From Octopus vulgaris (lineage: Eukaryota), in contig OX597821.1 of the NCBI GenBank assembly GCA_951406725.2, positions 15,376,001-15,440,000 on the forward strand: 64,000 bases of DNA. Direction: 5' to 3'. The notes below the pieces were generated by a model that had not been told where the DNA came from, made no database searches, and worked only from the letters and a program-made list of their open reading frames with translations. The stretch's first letter is position 1; every line of letters begins with the position of its first letter. A program made the position numbers and the translations under genes. Shown piece by piece: positions 14,205 to 27,946 of this stretch.

Positions 14205-15220
14205 TGGCGCCCTTTGTGAAGAAACTCAAATCCTAAGTGGCGTCCCCCAGGGAACGGTTCTGGGACCATTACTGTTCATAATAGCCCTCTTAGAATAGTT
14301 GTGTTGATGATCCAAAATTGTCACAGGTAATACAAATCCATAATGACATCGCAAGCATAGAGCGGGACCTAAATTCGATATACGAGTGGACAGAAATAAA
14401 CAGCATGCAGTTATAATGCTAGAAAATTTCAAGCACTGCATTATCAACTTATGTATACACTACAGCCTGCATATACAAGATCCGAAGGCAGTACAATCCC
14501 AGAATGAGAGGCAGTGAAAGAGTTTGGGGATCAGTATGTGCAATGACGCATTATTGTATATGCACATTACGAAGATGGCAACAAAGTGCAGACAACTGGC
14601 AGGATGGATACTGAGGTCCTTCAAGACAAGAGACCAAGAAATTATGTTGACCCCGTGGAAAACCTTTGTTCTCAGCCGCCTGGATTATTGCTCCTAGTTA
14701 AGGTCACCACATAATGCCAAACTAACAGCGGAACTTGAAGCAGTCCAACCCCGCTGCACTAAAATGATTGAAACAGTGCAGCAGATGAGCTACAGGGATA
14801 GGTTGAGAAAACTACAACTTTACTCCCTGGGGTATAAGCGTAAGAGACATGCAATAATCTTCATATGGAAACTCTAGAAGGGCAAGTACCTAATTTCGAC
14901 TTTGAGTGTTATACATATGCCAGAAATGGCAGCCTTTGTATTGCACCATCTAATCCATCTGAGTTCAGGAACAGGCACTCCAATAGTGTAGGGTTCAAAG
15001 ACCAACAGCTCTTCAATGCCCTGCCACAAAAATTAAGAAATTTGCATAAATTTGCATATAAGCAGATGTTTTCAAAAAGGAACTAGACATCCTCCTCTCC
15101 ATAATACCGGATGAACCAGTAAGAAGTGCAGACGAAGGCAGTGGAACCAAAGGGACTGCGGTGGTGCTCCGGCGTGACCACGGCCGCATGGCTCAAACGA
15201 GTAAAATTGTAAAGGAGTAA
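14205..15220 (+). mobile_element. 5'-truncated degenerate CR1-group LINE (RT C-terminal half plus 3' UTR)
   Basis: Encodes GVPQGTVLGPLLF and WKTFVLSRLDYCS, collinear with 59990-61087; stops and frameshifts. Confidence 0.9.
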
Positions 15221-15322
15221 TATATATATTCATGTATGTATGTACGTATGTATATATATATATAAAGATATATATATATATATGAATGTATGTATAAGTA
15301 TGTGTATATATATATACATATA

Positions 15323-15707
15323 GGAGGCGCAATGGCCCAGTGGCTAGGGCAGCGGACTCGCGGTCGTAGGATCGTGGTCGGTTTCGATTCCCAGACCGGG
15401 CGTTGTGAGTGTTTATTGAGGGAAAACACCTAAAGCACCACGAGGCTCCGGCAGGGATGGTGGTGATCCCTGCTGTACTCTTTCGCCACAACTTTCTCTC
15501 ACTCTTACTTCCTGTTTCTGTTGTACCTGTATTTCAAAGGGCCGGCCTTGTCACTCTCTGTGTCACGCTGAATATCCCCGAGAACTACGTTAAGGGTACA
15601 CCTGTCTGTGGAGTGCTCAGCCACTTACACGTTAATTTCACGAGCAGGCTGTTCCGTTGATCGGATCAACCGGAACCCTCGTCGTCGTAACCGACGGAGT
15701 GCTTCCA
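15323..15707 (+). mobile_element. SINE family C, full length
   Basis: tRNA-like head ggaggcgcaatggcccagtgg...gtttcgattccc; near-identical to the 23564 copy. Confidence 0.92.
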
Positions 15708-16647
15708 TATACATATATATATATACACATATATGTGTGTCTGTGTTTGTGTGTGTGGAGAGAGTGTGTATGCATGCGTTGTCGCGCGCCTGCGCGTGTG
15801 TTGTTTAAACGGCGCAGTATATTAGACTACCAAATTATAGTCTACGAATTCTGGTTACGTTTCGGAAAATCGATCGAACAAGTGTTGGGGTGAATATCTA
15901 TTTGATCACTATCTTCCATAGATATTACCCTGCAGTCTTAAAGAGGAATAAACATTATACTATGTCCCCAAATTCTTGTACACTATCGTGCAAAATAATT
16001 CTATCATCATTAATTTGGGAAACATGCAAAAAGCTACGCTTCCTCGAGGAGGTTTCATAAATGTGAGACATACCGTGAAATACTGGCTGCACTTGTGAAT
16101 ATACACTTGAATGCTACTCATCGCCAAGTTGAGAATACCGACTGCACACTTGTTAGTGCGTAAGAAAACGTATAACGTGTTATATCTTACGAGGTCTTAC
16201 GCTTTGAATTCAAACCCCACTAGCTCAACTTCGTTCCTCTTTTTTGTTTCGAACTAAACGAAATGAAGTACCAGTTAAGTATGAAATTGTCTCGCCCTGA
16301 TCCCTACGCTCACAATACCCGGGCTTATAGAGATTTTTGAAACAAACGTTTGTTACTAAAATATGAATCCTTTCCTCCATATAATTATCATTAGGTGACT
16401 TTATTTCTTCATCAAATTAGCTACGGTTTCCTCCGATTTCGCAGTTATTTCTAGTTCAGAGTGTATCTCTGAGTAAATTAATTCCTTCGTTCATCTAAAT
16501 ATGGCATGTTTGAAATAGAAAGGTAAACACAAAAAGAAAGGTATCTTTAAATTTTTACCCAATAATTACATTGTATTATTTACAGCCTATCAATCTCTTC
16601 GAGTCTCAGTCTTCCAAACACACACACATGCACCACACACATATATC

Positions 16648-17020
16648 GGCGCAGACGTTGCCTAGTGGTAAGAAGTTTGCTTCTCAACAACATTGTTTCC
16701 TATTCAATCGCATTGCATAACATCGTGTGCAAATGTCTTCTATTATAGACTCGAGCCGACGAAAGCGTTTGGATGGGATATGTTGACGGAAACTCAAAGA
16801 ACTCCGTCGTGTATATGTGTGTGTGTGTGTCTGTGTATCTGTATGTGTATGTATATGTGTGTGTACGTGTGTTTGTGTCTGAGTTTTATCCCCCACTACC
16901 GCTTGACAACCCATATTGGTGTATTTTCGTAGACGTAACTTTAGAGTGACTGAGAGATAAAGCGCTATGTTTAAAAAACTGGTAACGAGTCGGTCGACAG
17001 AAATTCAAGTAGGTGTGCCC
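16648..17020 (+). mobile_element. SINE family A, old degenerate copy
   Basis: gtggtaagaagtttgcttc...gacggaaact...gcttgacaacc. Confidence 0.7.
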
Positions 17021-17361
17021 CATGAATATATTTAATTCACCAGTTGATGTCCAACGGGTAGATCAAACATCATCTTACCATACATCACCACTACTTACAA
17101 TTTCTTTTGTAATCCTTCGTAGGCTGGTGGGGTTGAAATTACACAAAAGGCCATTGGGGTCTCCTTTTATTTTTGCGCATTTCCGCGCTATTCATAAAAT
17201 GATATTTGTTTAATCTTGCATATACCAGTGAGTGCGTGTTACAGAGGAATAAATTTAATGCTTTTTTAAAAAAATACTTTTATAAACTTTACATATAGCA
17301 CTAATATTAAAATAAAACAAAAAGAATAAAAGCAAAAAGTACATCGATTCATACCAGTATA

Positions 17362-17786
17362 GGCGCAGGAGTGTGCTAAGTAGCTTGTTTACCAACCACA
17401 TGGTTCCGGGTTCAGTCCCACTGCGTAACACCTTGGGCATGTGTCTTCTACTATAGCCTCGGGCCGACCAAAGCCTTGTGAGTGGATTTGGTAGACGGAA
17501 ACTGAGAGAAACTCGTCCTATATATATATGTATATATATATATGTGTGTGTGTGTGTATGGGTGTGTGTGTGTGTGTGTGTGTCTATGTTTGTCCCCCTA
17601 GCATTGCTTGACAACCGATGCTGGTGTGTTTATGTCCCCGTTACTTAGCGGTTCGGCAAAAGAGATCGATAGAATAAGTACAGGGCTTACAAAAGAATAA
17701 GTTACGGGGTCGAGTTGCTCGATTAAAGGCGGAGCTCCAGCATGGCGGCAGTCAAATGACTGAAACAAGTAAATGAGTAAATGAGT
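17362..17786 (+). mobile_element. SINE family A
   Basis: Full-length match to the consensus. Confidence 0.92.
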
Positions 17787-17951
17787 ATATACACGAAGAA
17801 AACTGATTTATAGTTCATCAGAAAAATAATTTCACAAAACGCCAATGGTGCCAGTTGAACCCCAATGACTATATTTTATGCTATAACATACATATAACTG
17901 GAAATAGGTAAGGGAATAAAAGTATACATACACACACACATACATACATAC

Positions 17952-18012
<61 letters not shown>

Positions 18013-18117
18013 CAATACGGACGGTTGATTTCTGTAGTATTTTGGCGATTTAAATAACTGTTACTTTTGGCAAGTAGACATACTTAGTATGTCCTTTGAT
18101 TAATTTTAATCCTTCAG

Positions 18118-18157
<40 letters not shown>

Positions 18158-18160
<3 letters not shown>

Positions 18161-18269
18161 GGAGTAAACACATAAATGTGAAACAAGGTGGAAAAAAGAG
18201 TACTCAAATACCAGTGGTAGAGTAATATGCTTTATTTTAAGCAGCAGAAAAATCAACAAAATCTGTTAC

Positions 18270-18272
<3 letters not shown>
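18158..18272 (-). mobile_element. Truncated copy of the 20230 family
   Basis: gagtaaaca...ggaaaaa.agtactc.aatacca..ggtagagta shared with 20232-20340; ends at tgttactct inside the hammerhead 3' half. Confidence 0.65.
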
Positions 18273-18302
<30 letters not shown>

Positions 18303-18315
18303 ATATATATATATA

Positions 18316-18557
18316 TTGGTAAAAATGGTAAGATAACAAAAGAAAGAATGAGACCTCAATATTATGTAAATAGAGGAAATTTATTTATAAAATAATATGT
18401 TACATTACTCAATAGTCAAGATAAAACTCTGAGTTTCAGATGCTGAAGTGGAAATACACAACACCATCTCTTCGGTTATCGAAGAGATGGTGTTGTGGAT
18501 TTCCACTTCAGCATCTGAAACTCAGAGTTTTATCTTGACTATTGAGTAATGTATAGA

Positions 18558-18560
<3 letters not shown>
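18316..18560. mobile_element. (TA)n-nested fold-back element with ~74-bp inverted arms (18401-18474 / 18480-18553)
   Basis: Arms are complementary with about one mismatch; loop gttat. Confidence 0.85.
18420..18480 (-). ncRNA. Hammerhead-like motif, type I, variant core (CCGAAGA)
   Basis: gataa-CCGAAGA-gatg..catc-t-GAAA-ctc-a-gag-TT-ttatc: helix I gataa/ttatc, helix II gatg/catc, near-palindromic helix III; U4>C. Confidence 0.55.
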
Positions 18561-18615
<55 letters not shown>

Positions 18616-18964
18616 CTTTTGGCAAAACCGTCCGAGACTTGACTGAGATTAATTGACGTCTTGCTAACAATAACGATAAGACCAACAGCAACAGTTACAG
18701 CCACAACAAAAGTACCTGAAATGTACCTCGTTGTGAAGAATAAGCAGTTATACTTGGGGAAATGTATGAATAATAATATTTTGATAACTCAATTGTTTTA
18801 TTTTTCTGACATGGAAAGAAGAGCATTCTAGAATTTAGCATGAATAAATATTTTACGTTTTCGCTATTTGCATTTGGAGAAAATCCATACCAAAACAATA
18901 AGGAATCACTCTATTGATCACACACACACACACACACCCACACGCATATATATATATATATATA

Positions 18965-19153
18965 TATATTCGCAGTGCTGGACCGCTGAAATCTAATTTT
19001 TTTTTATCCTGTCTCTGTTTCTTTTCTCTTATTCCTTTCTGCTGAAGAGCGTAGGCTCGTAACGTAAACAACTCATTTTTCCCGAAAGTTAAACTAATGC
19101 ATTTGCTTGTATTTCATACGCCTGTCTCCGTCTTTTATTTTCTCATCAACTTC

Positions 19154-19157
<4 letters not shown>
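18965..19157 (+). mobile_element. ~200-bp (TA)n-flanked element with a degenerate hammerhead motif (19036-19068)
   Basis: Homologous to 30265-30468; ttt-CTGCTGA-a-gagc-gtag-gctc-GTAA-cg-TA-aa. Confidence 0.6.
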
Positions 19158-19200
<43 letters not shown>

Positions 19201-19294
19201 TATATATATCACGTGACCAACCAGACCATCAGATGTTGCTACATATCGCTGGTCGCAATGCGTTCGCTAAGCGATTAGGCCAACAGAAGAAAGA

Positions 19295-19456
19295 GTGGCA
19301 ATAGGATACAGCAGGGATCACCACCCCCTGATGGAGCCTCGTGGAGCTTTTAGGTGTTTTTGCTCAATAAACACTCACAACGCCCGGTCTGGTACTCGGG
19401 ACTGCGATCCTACGACCGCGAGTTCGCTGGTCTATCCACTGGGCCATTGCACCTCC
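19295..19456 (-). mobile_element. SINE family C, 5' portion
   Basis: Reverse complement of the head of the 15323 copy. Confidence 0.85.
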
Positions 19457-20172
19457 ACACATATATATATAGAGAGAGAGAAAGTGAGAGAAAGAGAGAG
19501 AGGGAGAGAGATATGGGGAGAGGGAGGTGCATATGGTGACGAGATAAATCTGAAACCAATCTATGATATTAATGAAACAAAAAGCCATATGTTGAGAAGC
19601 AGTTCTTAAAATTTGTGGGGAAATCACTGTGTTCGTATGTGTCTGCATATGTGTGCTTAATGCGGCACCTTAATTGTGCAGCCTTTTAATGAAAATACAC
19701 ACACAGACACACACACACACACACACGCATACATACATACATATATATAAATAGACACACAGACACACACACACACACTAATTCACCAATGCAATACGTG
19801 AGTATATAGATAGATAGATATGATAGATGCTATGGGACGGAGGTACTTTTACCACCCTCAAGTCCTCGAAAAATTGTGGCAATGTGCGCGGTCACCCCAT
19901 CCCCCCACACTACTGCAGAAACACACAATACCCTACTCCCCTCTCTCTCCATTTCTCTCCTTCCCCATCTCTCTCATTATGATCGAAGTATATATTTTGC
20001 TGTTCCATACTATTGTACTGTTGCAATATGCAACACATACATAGACTAATAACCAAGTTAAAGAAGTTCCACGTTGAACATAATAAAATCATGAAAATTA
20101 ATGTCAATCCGAACTGTCCACCAGGAAACGACAGAAGGTGTATGCAGACACAAGAGCGTTGCACACTTGCAT

Positions 20173-20231
<59 letters not shown>

Positions 20232-20330
20232 GAGTAAACAAAAACACAACCGGAAAACACGATGGAAAAATAGTACTCGAATACCAAAGGTAGAGTATAT
20301 TTATTGAAGCTGCAAAAACATCACTAAAAA

Positions 20331-20366
20331 TGTAACTCAGAGTTTCACGTTCTCGATCGTCGGACA
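20331..20366 (-). ncRNA. Minimal hammerhead-like motif (CCGACGA variant) in the element at about 20230-20420
   Basis: tgt-CCGACGA-tcg-agaa-cgt-GAAA-ctc-t-gag-TT-aca; weak helix II. Confidence 0.45.
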
Positions 20367-20473
20367 ACTGTGACCAAGACTCTTGATCAACGAATAGAAG
20401 AGAAAATAGTATAAATTAGGTGTGTGTGTTTGTGTGTATTGATATATTTCTGATATATATATATGTATATATA

Positions 20474-20532
<59 letters not shown>

Positions 20533-20644
20533 GCAAATCCTCGCATACACGTATATATATATATATATATATATATACATTCATGCAAAACTACAAACAT
20601 ACATACATTGAGAGACTCAGGCAGTATATATTACTGAGATTAAA

Positions 20645-21058
20645 GCGGCGAGCTGGTAAAAACGTTAGCACTTCGGGCGAAATGCTTACCTGTATTTCGT
20701 CTGCCGTTACGTTCTGCGAGGTCGACTTTGCCTTTTATCCCTCGGAGTCGATAAATTAAGCACCAGTTACACACTGGGTCGATGTAATCGACTCAATCCC
20801 TTTGGCTGTCCTTGTTTGTTCCCTCTATGTTTTGCCCCTTGTGGACAATAAAGAAATAAGAAACGTTAGCACACCGGGCGAAATGCTTAGCGATATTTCG
20901 TCTGTCTTCACGTTCTAAGTTCAAAATTCCGCCAAGATCGACTTTGCTTTTCATCCTTTCAGCGGCGATAAATTAAGTACCAGTTGCGTACTAGGGAAGA
21001 TCTAATCGACTGGCCCCTCCCTCAAAATTTCGGGCCTCATGCCTATATTAGAGAAGAG
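20645..21058 (+). mobile_element. SINE family B, two head-to-tail monomers
   Basis: gcggcgagctgg.a.aaacgttagcac...gtcgactttgcctt.tatcc...gataaattaag.accagt occurs twice, with different 3' tails. Confidence 0.9.
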
Positions 21059-21970
21059 TATATATTACTGAGATTATTAAATAATTCCGGCCTATTTCTG
21101 TATTGAGTACTTTTACATCGTGTTTATCAACTGAAACAAGCACATACACAGACACACAGACACACACACACACACAACGGTTAGGTACATAGACACTCTT
21201 AAGATTAGACATCTGTACGTGCTTTACTTTACCGTGCGTGTGTGGTACCTGTGCTTACATGCGTGTCTATATTTATGAGTGATTTCAACTCAATGAGCCG
21301 TTGCAAATGAATATATAAAAAAACATGTATTGCATATAAATGTATCCACTTATCTTCTCTAATGTGTGTGTGTCTATGTGTCCGTGTGTGTGTCTATGTG
21401 TCCGTGCGCGTGCAGTAGGACGCATTTGCACACATACACTTGTATGAAATGCACAAAGAGAGCTACAGTGAAACAGAGCGTGAAAGGAAAGAGAGAGAAG
21501 TAGAGTCGAAGGGAGACGGATAAGCGAGAAAGGAGGAGAGAGGAAGACAAGCAGGCAGACGAAGAGAGAGAGGGGGGGTGAAAGAGTGACAGAGAGAGAC
21601 AGGTAGACTGACAGACAGTTAGACAGACAGACAGACTGATCGACATACAAATAGCGATAGAAAAACAGTGAGTTGATGCGCAAGAGAGTTGGAGACAGAC
21701 AGAAGGTGAGATGAGAAAGACAGAGTCCACAGTCAGAAAATGAATTGGATTGACAAAAAACGATGCAGTTAAGAGAGAGAGAGGGAAAGGGAGAAAATTA
21801 GAGAGAGAGAGACAGAGAGACAGACAGACAGACAGAGTGAGAGAGGGAGGCAAAGGAAATATACGTATAGAGGCAGAGGCTAAATAGAGACAGAAACTCA
21901 TAGAGCAATAGTGAAATTGGTTGAATTGTCAATAGATGAATGGTGGAATGATTAATTGAACAGTTGTCAG

Positions 21971-22072
21971 GACGCTAGAGATATGTGGAAAGGTAGGGGG
22001 TAGGGACGCTAGAGATATGTGGAAAGGTAGGGGGTAGGGACGCTAGAGATATGTGGAAAGGTAGGAGGTAGG
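21971..22072 (+). repeat. 34-bp G-rich minisatellite, three copies
   Basis: gacgctagagatatgtggaaaggtagggggtagg starting at 21971, 22005 and 22039. Confidence 0.95.
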
Positions 22073-22280
22073 TAGTGGTGTATGAATGAAGCAAATGAAT
22101 GGATGATTGAGTGAGCGGATGGCTGAGTTGAATCAATGAGTTTAGTGAGCGGTTAAACCGGTGTAAGGGAGTTACTTTGTGGAGTAAGCGACGGGTGGTG
22201 GTCGTCACAGACGAGGTGCGAAATAGCTGCAATTTCAGGTGTATATGCATGTGTGAATGTGTATGTATGTATGTATGTAT

Positions 22281-22687
22281 GGAGTGGCTGTGTGGTAAGT
22301 AGCTTGCTAACCAACCACATGGTTCCGGGTTCAGTCCCACTGCGTGGCATCTTGGGCAAGTGTCTTCTGCTATAGCCCCGGGTCGACCAATGCCTTGTGA
22401 GTGGATTTGGTAGACGGAAACTGAAAGAAGCCTGTCGTATATATGTATATGTATGTGTGTGTTTGTGTGTCTGTGTTTGTCCCCTTAGCATTGCTTGACA
22501 ACCGATGCTGGTGTGTTTACGTCCCCGTTACTTAGCGGTTCGGCAAAGAGAGACCGATAGAATAAGTACTGGGCTTACAAAGAATAAGTCCCGGGGTCGA
22601 TTTGCTCGACTAAAGGCGGTGCTCCAGCATGGCGGCAGTCAAATGACTGAAACAAGTAAAAGAGCAAAAGAGTAAAAGAGTAAGAGT
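22281..22687 (+). mobile_element. SINE family A
   Basis: Match to the consensus including the tail. Confidence 0.92.
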
Positions 22688-22690
22688 ATG

Positions 22691-22729
<39 letters not shown>

Positions 22730-23563
22730 GCATATGTATATATGTGTGCTCTTATAAATATAAGTATAAGTACTTCGCCGTCACTTGCAAGCTGGTATGA
22801 CCTGTTAGCTTGTACCATGCTTTTGTGAATTGCGTTTGGTATGAATATAGTCGTGAGTAGAGACAGACAATCTCGGTGCTCCCACCAACTAATCTACTCA
22901 AGGTGTCAGGTAACGGCGATACACTTATCCACGCGCACACACTCACACACATCTACAAGCACGTGTTCATACCAACCGATTCACTTGAACAAAACAGCCT
23001 TGACACTATGTTCGTGACTAGCTTGCATTCTGTAATGTAGAAATTAATGGCAGTCTCTCGAGTTTGAGAAAAACGATTCAGCAATTTCTTGCTGGAAAAC
23101 GTGGTGGACAGATGATATGTTCATGTCTAAATATTTGTTTTGCGCATAAGTTGACTCATTCCATCAAATCGACATTTCCTATACAGGTGCACAGTGCCAA
23201 GTGTTAGATGTCGAAGCGATCGCAGAGCATCGTGAAATGAAATATTTTGCTTAAAAACACGATGCACCACCCGGTCCGTGTATCGAAACCGCGATCGCGT
23301 AATCGTGAGTTCAGTACTACTAAGCACGCACCTGTAATGTAATTCCCGTACACTCAATGTAAAAGTAAACGAATGCAAATCCTATCGAAAATCGCGTGTG
23401 TGTGTGAGTCCGTGTGTACCGGCACGCATGCGTGAGTTTGTGCGTGCGTGTATATGTGTGTATGTTTGTGTCTGTACAAATATATAGGTATTAGGCGTAA
23501 CCTTGTTCTTGTGCCGTAGGTGTGCATGTCAATGTCACTTTGGCACACACGTATTTGTGCTTC

Positions 23564-23953
23564 GGAAGCGCAATGGCCCAGTGGTTAGGGTAGCGGACTC
23601 GCGGTCGTAGAATCGCGGTTTCGATTCCCAGACCGGGCGTTGTGAGTGTTTATTGAGCGAAAACACCTAAAGTTCCACGAGGCTCCGGCAGGGGATGGTG
23701 GTGATCCCTGCTGTACTCTTTCACCACAACTTTCTCTCACTCTTACTTCCTGTTTCTGTTGTACCTGTATTTCAAAGGGCCGGCCTTGTCACTCTCTGTG
23801 TCGCGCTGAATATCCCCGAGAACCACGTTAAGGGTACACGTGTCTGTGGAGTGCTCAGCCACTTACACGTTAATTTCACGAGCAAGCTGTTCCGTTGATT
23901 CGGATCAACCGGAACCCTCATCGTCGTAACCGACGGAGTGCTTCCATCCATCC
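23564..23953 (+). mobile_element. SINE family C with an 11-bp target-site duplication
   Basis: atttgtgcttc at 23553-23563 and 23954-23964; (tcca)n tail. Confidence 0.93.
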
Positions 23954-24589
23954 ATTTGTGCTTCACTGCAACTTGTGTTCCATATGTACATATGATTCAG
24001 TGCATAGGGACCTTAATGGGGAACTCGTAAAATGTCTTAAACATATTCACTGTACCTTTAATCAATAGCATTTCGAGAAAGAGCATTCATCAACATTTTA
24101 TATTGCCCGGTCGTCAGTGGCTGAACCGATATCTCTGTCAGAGCTGCGTGGCGAGGAAAGTCATGAGAAATCCAGCTGGGCAAACAAATACTATAATTGT
24201 TGCAATGATGCCCGAAAAGCACGAAACTAATAAGGGTTCCCGACTATCTAGCATCAGCGTAAAGACTTTAAACATTCTGGGTAAGTGCTGGGTGCACTGG
24301 AACACCACTTCAAGTTGAGCAACCATTTAATTACTTTAGAATGTGCTTCGAAGAAAAATGAATTACTCAAATATGAATGTCGATAAAATTATTGTGGCAG
24401 GTATTGTCTTTCAGTTTGTTGTGGCCCACTGGATTTGATAGAGTCGTCGATATGTTCCATGCAAGCCATTCTCTGCTGAATGTAAGCAGTGCTGGCAATA
24501 ATCGACAATGATGGCAATACTTGTTCAACGAGTAGATAATTTATCAAGCATAACTGAGTGTATGTGTGTATATGTATGTGTTTGTGCAT

Positions 24590-24677
<88 letters not shown>

Positions 24678-24709
24678 ATATATATAATTTTAGAGAGAGT
24701 GAGAGATAG

Positions 24710-25114
24710 AGGAGCGGTTGTGTGGTAAGAAGTTTGCTTCCCAACCACATGCTTCCGGGTTCATTCCAACTGCGTAGCTACTTGAGTAGGTGTCTCCTAC
24801 TATAGCCTGGGGCCGACCAAATCCTTGTGAATGACTTTGGTATGCGGAAACTGAAAGAAGCCCGTCGTATACATACATGTATGTATATATATGTATGTGT
24901 GTGTGTGTATGTGTGCGTTGTGTGTGTCTTTGTGTCTCTGTTTGTCTTCTCACAATTGGTCGACATCCGATTTGGGTGTATTTAGCTGTTCGGCATAAAA
25001 GACCGATCGAATAAATACTAGCTTACAATGAATAAGTCCTGGGGTCGATTTCTTCGCAGCAAACCTATTAAGGAGGTGCACCAGCATGGAAGCAGTCAAA
25101 CGACTGAAACAAGT
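24710..25114 (+). mobile_element. SINE family A, diverged
   Basis: Match to the consensus. Confidence 0.85.
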
Positions 25115-25167
25115 ATATTTATATATATATATTTATATTTTAGGATGGCCATTTAATTTTTTTATCC

Positions 25168-25393
25168 TTGCCAAATAAACGTAAGTACTATATATATTCA
25201 TTCTTCACTCGTTTATGATTGCTCTTATGTCCATTTTCTGGAAATCTGCCGTCACACACCTGTGACCTCTCCAGCGACTATTCCATCCCACGTGTCTCCT
25301 CCAGTTCTATTTCCAGGCAGTGGACATAAGAAAAAAAAGAGCAATAATAAACCAGTGAAGAACTAATATATAGTGCGTGTATTTATTTGGCAA
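25168..25393. mobile_element. MITE-like fold-back element with ~60-bp imperfect inverted arms
   Basis: ttgccaaataaa...tatatatt..ttcttcact.gtttat.attgctc...ttatgtcca mirrored by tggacataag...gagcaat.ataaac.agtgaagaa...tttatttggcaa. Confidence 0.7.
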
Positions 25394-25695
25394 CAAAATA
25401 ACTTGCTCCTCACGAAGTATAAAAATATGTTTCATCATACGACTTCACATCAAGAATCCTGCAAATTCATAAAAGTATATATAAACGTACGCGCGCACAC
25501 ACACACACACATCGCTGGTCACTAGTCACCTTCCATCGTTTCAGCTTTCGATGGATATCATTCTGCTGATTAGGCTAGCAAGATAGTATTCCCCGTAGAT
25601 CGAAAAATAAGCCTATCGCATGGTTACTTATTTACAGCTGAATTGATTTGAATGGAAGTCACGATCGCTAGATTGTGTGCGCAGCATTCTACCCC

Positions 25696-25802
25696 CTTGT
25701 TTCAGTCATTTGACTGCGGCCATGCTGGAGCACCGCTTTTAATCGAGCAACTCAACCCCGGGATGTAAACGCACCAGCATCGGGGGACAAACACAGACAC
25801 AC

Positions 25803-25856
<54 letters not shown>

Positions 25857-26027
25857 CATATATACGACAGGCTTCTTTCAGTTTCCGTCTAGCAAATCCA
25901 CTCACAAGGCATTGGTCGGCCCGGGGTTATAGCAGAAGACACTTGCCCAAGATGCCACGCAGTGGGACTGAACCCGGAACCACGTAGTTGGTTAGCAAGC
26001 TACTTGCCATACATCCACTCCTGCGCC
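25696..26027 (-). mobile_element. SINE family A with an internal deletion
   Basis: Reverse-complement match. Confidence 0.9.
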
Positions 26028-26143
26028 TATGTATATATAGATCCATATAAGCATATATGATTGTCTGTTAGAGGATTTTGTATATATGTTCATGAAGATT
26101 GCTATAATATGCTATGGCAGTGAAACCCAAGAAAAACGTATTT

Positions 26144-26274
26144 AGGCGCAGGCGTGTTTTTGTGATAAGAAGCTTCCTTTCCAACCACATGGCACCGGGT
26201 TCAGTCCCACTGCGCGACACCTGGGACAAGTGTCTTTGCATTATAACCTCGACCTTGTTTGTGGATTTGGTCGA

Positions 26275-26317
<43 letters not shown>

Positions 26318-26461
26318 CCGAGGTCGACTTTGCCTTTCATCCTTTCGGGGTCGATAAATTAAGTACCAGTTACGCACTGGGGTCGATATAATCGACTTAA
26401 TCGGTTTGTCTGTCCTTGTTTGTCCTCTTTGTGTTTAGCCCCTTGTGGGTAGTAAATAAAT

Positions 26462-26512
<51 letters not shown>

Positions 26513-26720
26513 TATGTATGTGTGTGTGTGCGTGTGTGTGTGTATTTGTGTATGTGTGTCTTAGTGTCCCCACCACAGACTGACAACGGGTGTTGGTGGG
26601 ATTACGTCTACGTAGCTTAGTGGTTTGTCAAATGTGACCAGTAGAATAAGTACTAGGCGTCAAAAAGTAAGTCCTGCAGTCGATTTGTCCGATTTGTCCG
26701 TAGTCAACTGAAGCAAGTAA
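26144..26720 (+). mobile_element. SINE family A interrupted by (TA)n and a SINE B 3' fragment (26318-26460)
   Basis: Head at 26144-26277, tail at 26565-26720, SINE B core between them. Confidence 0.8.
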
Positions 26721-27153
26721 AAAATTAAAAGGGAAAATGTAACTGGACAACTACCAAAGACGTTCCAGCTGTGACCAAGCCACATGTATATTTTTATACT
26801 TCGTATTGCAATATCCAGTGTGTCCTTCCTGTCTAACTGGTCTAACAACCAGCCAGACACTGTATGGTTGGCTCACCATGCAAACAGTAAAATTATTGGT
26901 GTTAGGAAAACATCGATTGACAAATTACAGTCGATAGATAAGATGAATAGAGGAAAGCTGTGTGAAAATTATGTGGTCAGCTAGGCACCGAGCAAAGGTG
27001 GGTTAATTGCAAGGAAGAGGCGGTACAGATTGTAAGCGATAGTGAGTTATAATGTGGTCTGATGTTCCTGTTCTGAGTTTATTGCAGTTTCAGTGGTTTT
27101 TAACGGCGATGGCTTTGGTTTCATTGCTCCCGAATAATATATATATATATATA

Positions 27154-27541
27154 CGCGGAGTGGCTGTGTGGTAAGTAGTTGTTTACCAACCACATGGTTC
27201 CGGGTTCAGTCCCACTGCGTGGCACCTTGTGTAAGTGTCTTCTACTATAGCCTCGGGCCGACCAAAGCGTTGTGAGTGGATTTGGTAGACGGAAACTGAA
27301 AGAAGCCCGTTGTATATATATATATATGTGCGTGTGTGTGTATGTGTCTGTGTTTGTCCCCCTGGCATTGCTTGACAACCGATGCTGGTGTGTTTATGTC
27401 CCCGTTACTTAGCGGTTCGGCAAAAGAGACCGATAGAATAAGTACTGGGCTTACAAAGAATAAGTCACGGGGTCGAGTTGCTCGACTAAAGGCGGTGATC
27501 CAGCATGGCCGCAGTCAAATGACTGAAAAGAGTAAAAGAGT
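27154..27541 (+). mobile_element. SINE family A
   Basis: Match to the consensus. Confidence 0.92.
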
Positions 27542-27570
27542 ATATATGTATGTATGTATGGAGACGTATG

Positions 27571-27606
<36 letters not shown>

Positions 27607-27909
27607 AAACTTATATATAAAGGGCGTGAAATTCACGAATTGACAAACACGGAAAAACGGACAGTAATTCAGAGCCTTCATTCTTCAGTCAGAAACCGAT
27701 TCATCATGGCAAATTTCGGCTGTTTGGACCCCTTATTCGCATAATCACCGAATCTGGAACTTAACTATGGTCTATCCATACCACTTATTCAGTGTTACCT
27801 GACACCTTTGAGTCTCACTGACACCATGACCTCTCATAACCTGTATATATATATATGTGTGTGTGTGTATTATGTATGTATGTGTGCGTATGTGTGTGTG
27901 TGTGTGTGT

Positions 27910-27946
<37 letters not shown>

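Noticed and set aside
24141-24280. Possible plus-strand exon (ctgtcag ... G|GTAAGT)
   Set aside because: Splice-like motifs are present, but the peptide is unrecognisable and there are no partner exons.
27655-27695. Possible hammerhead on the minus strand (CTGAAGA...ggctc) in a TA-flanked insert
   Set aside because: GAAA and helix II are not recoverable; too degenerate to call.
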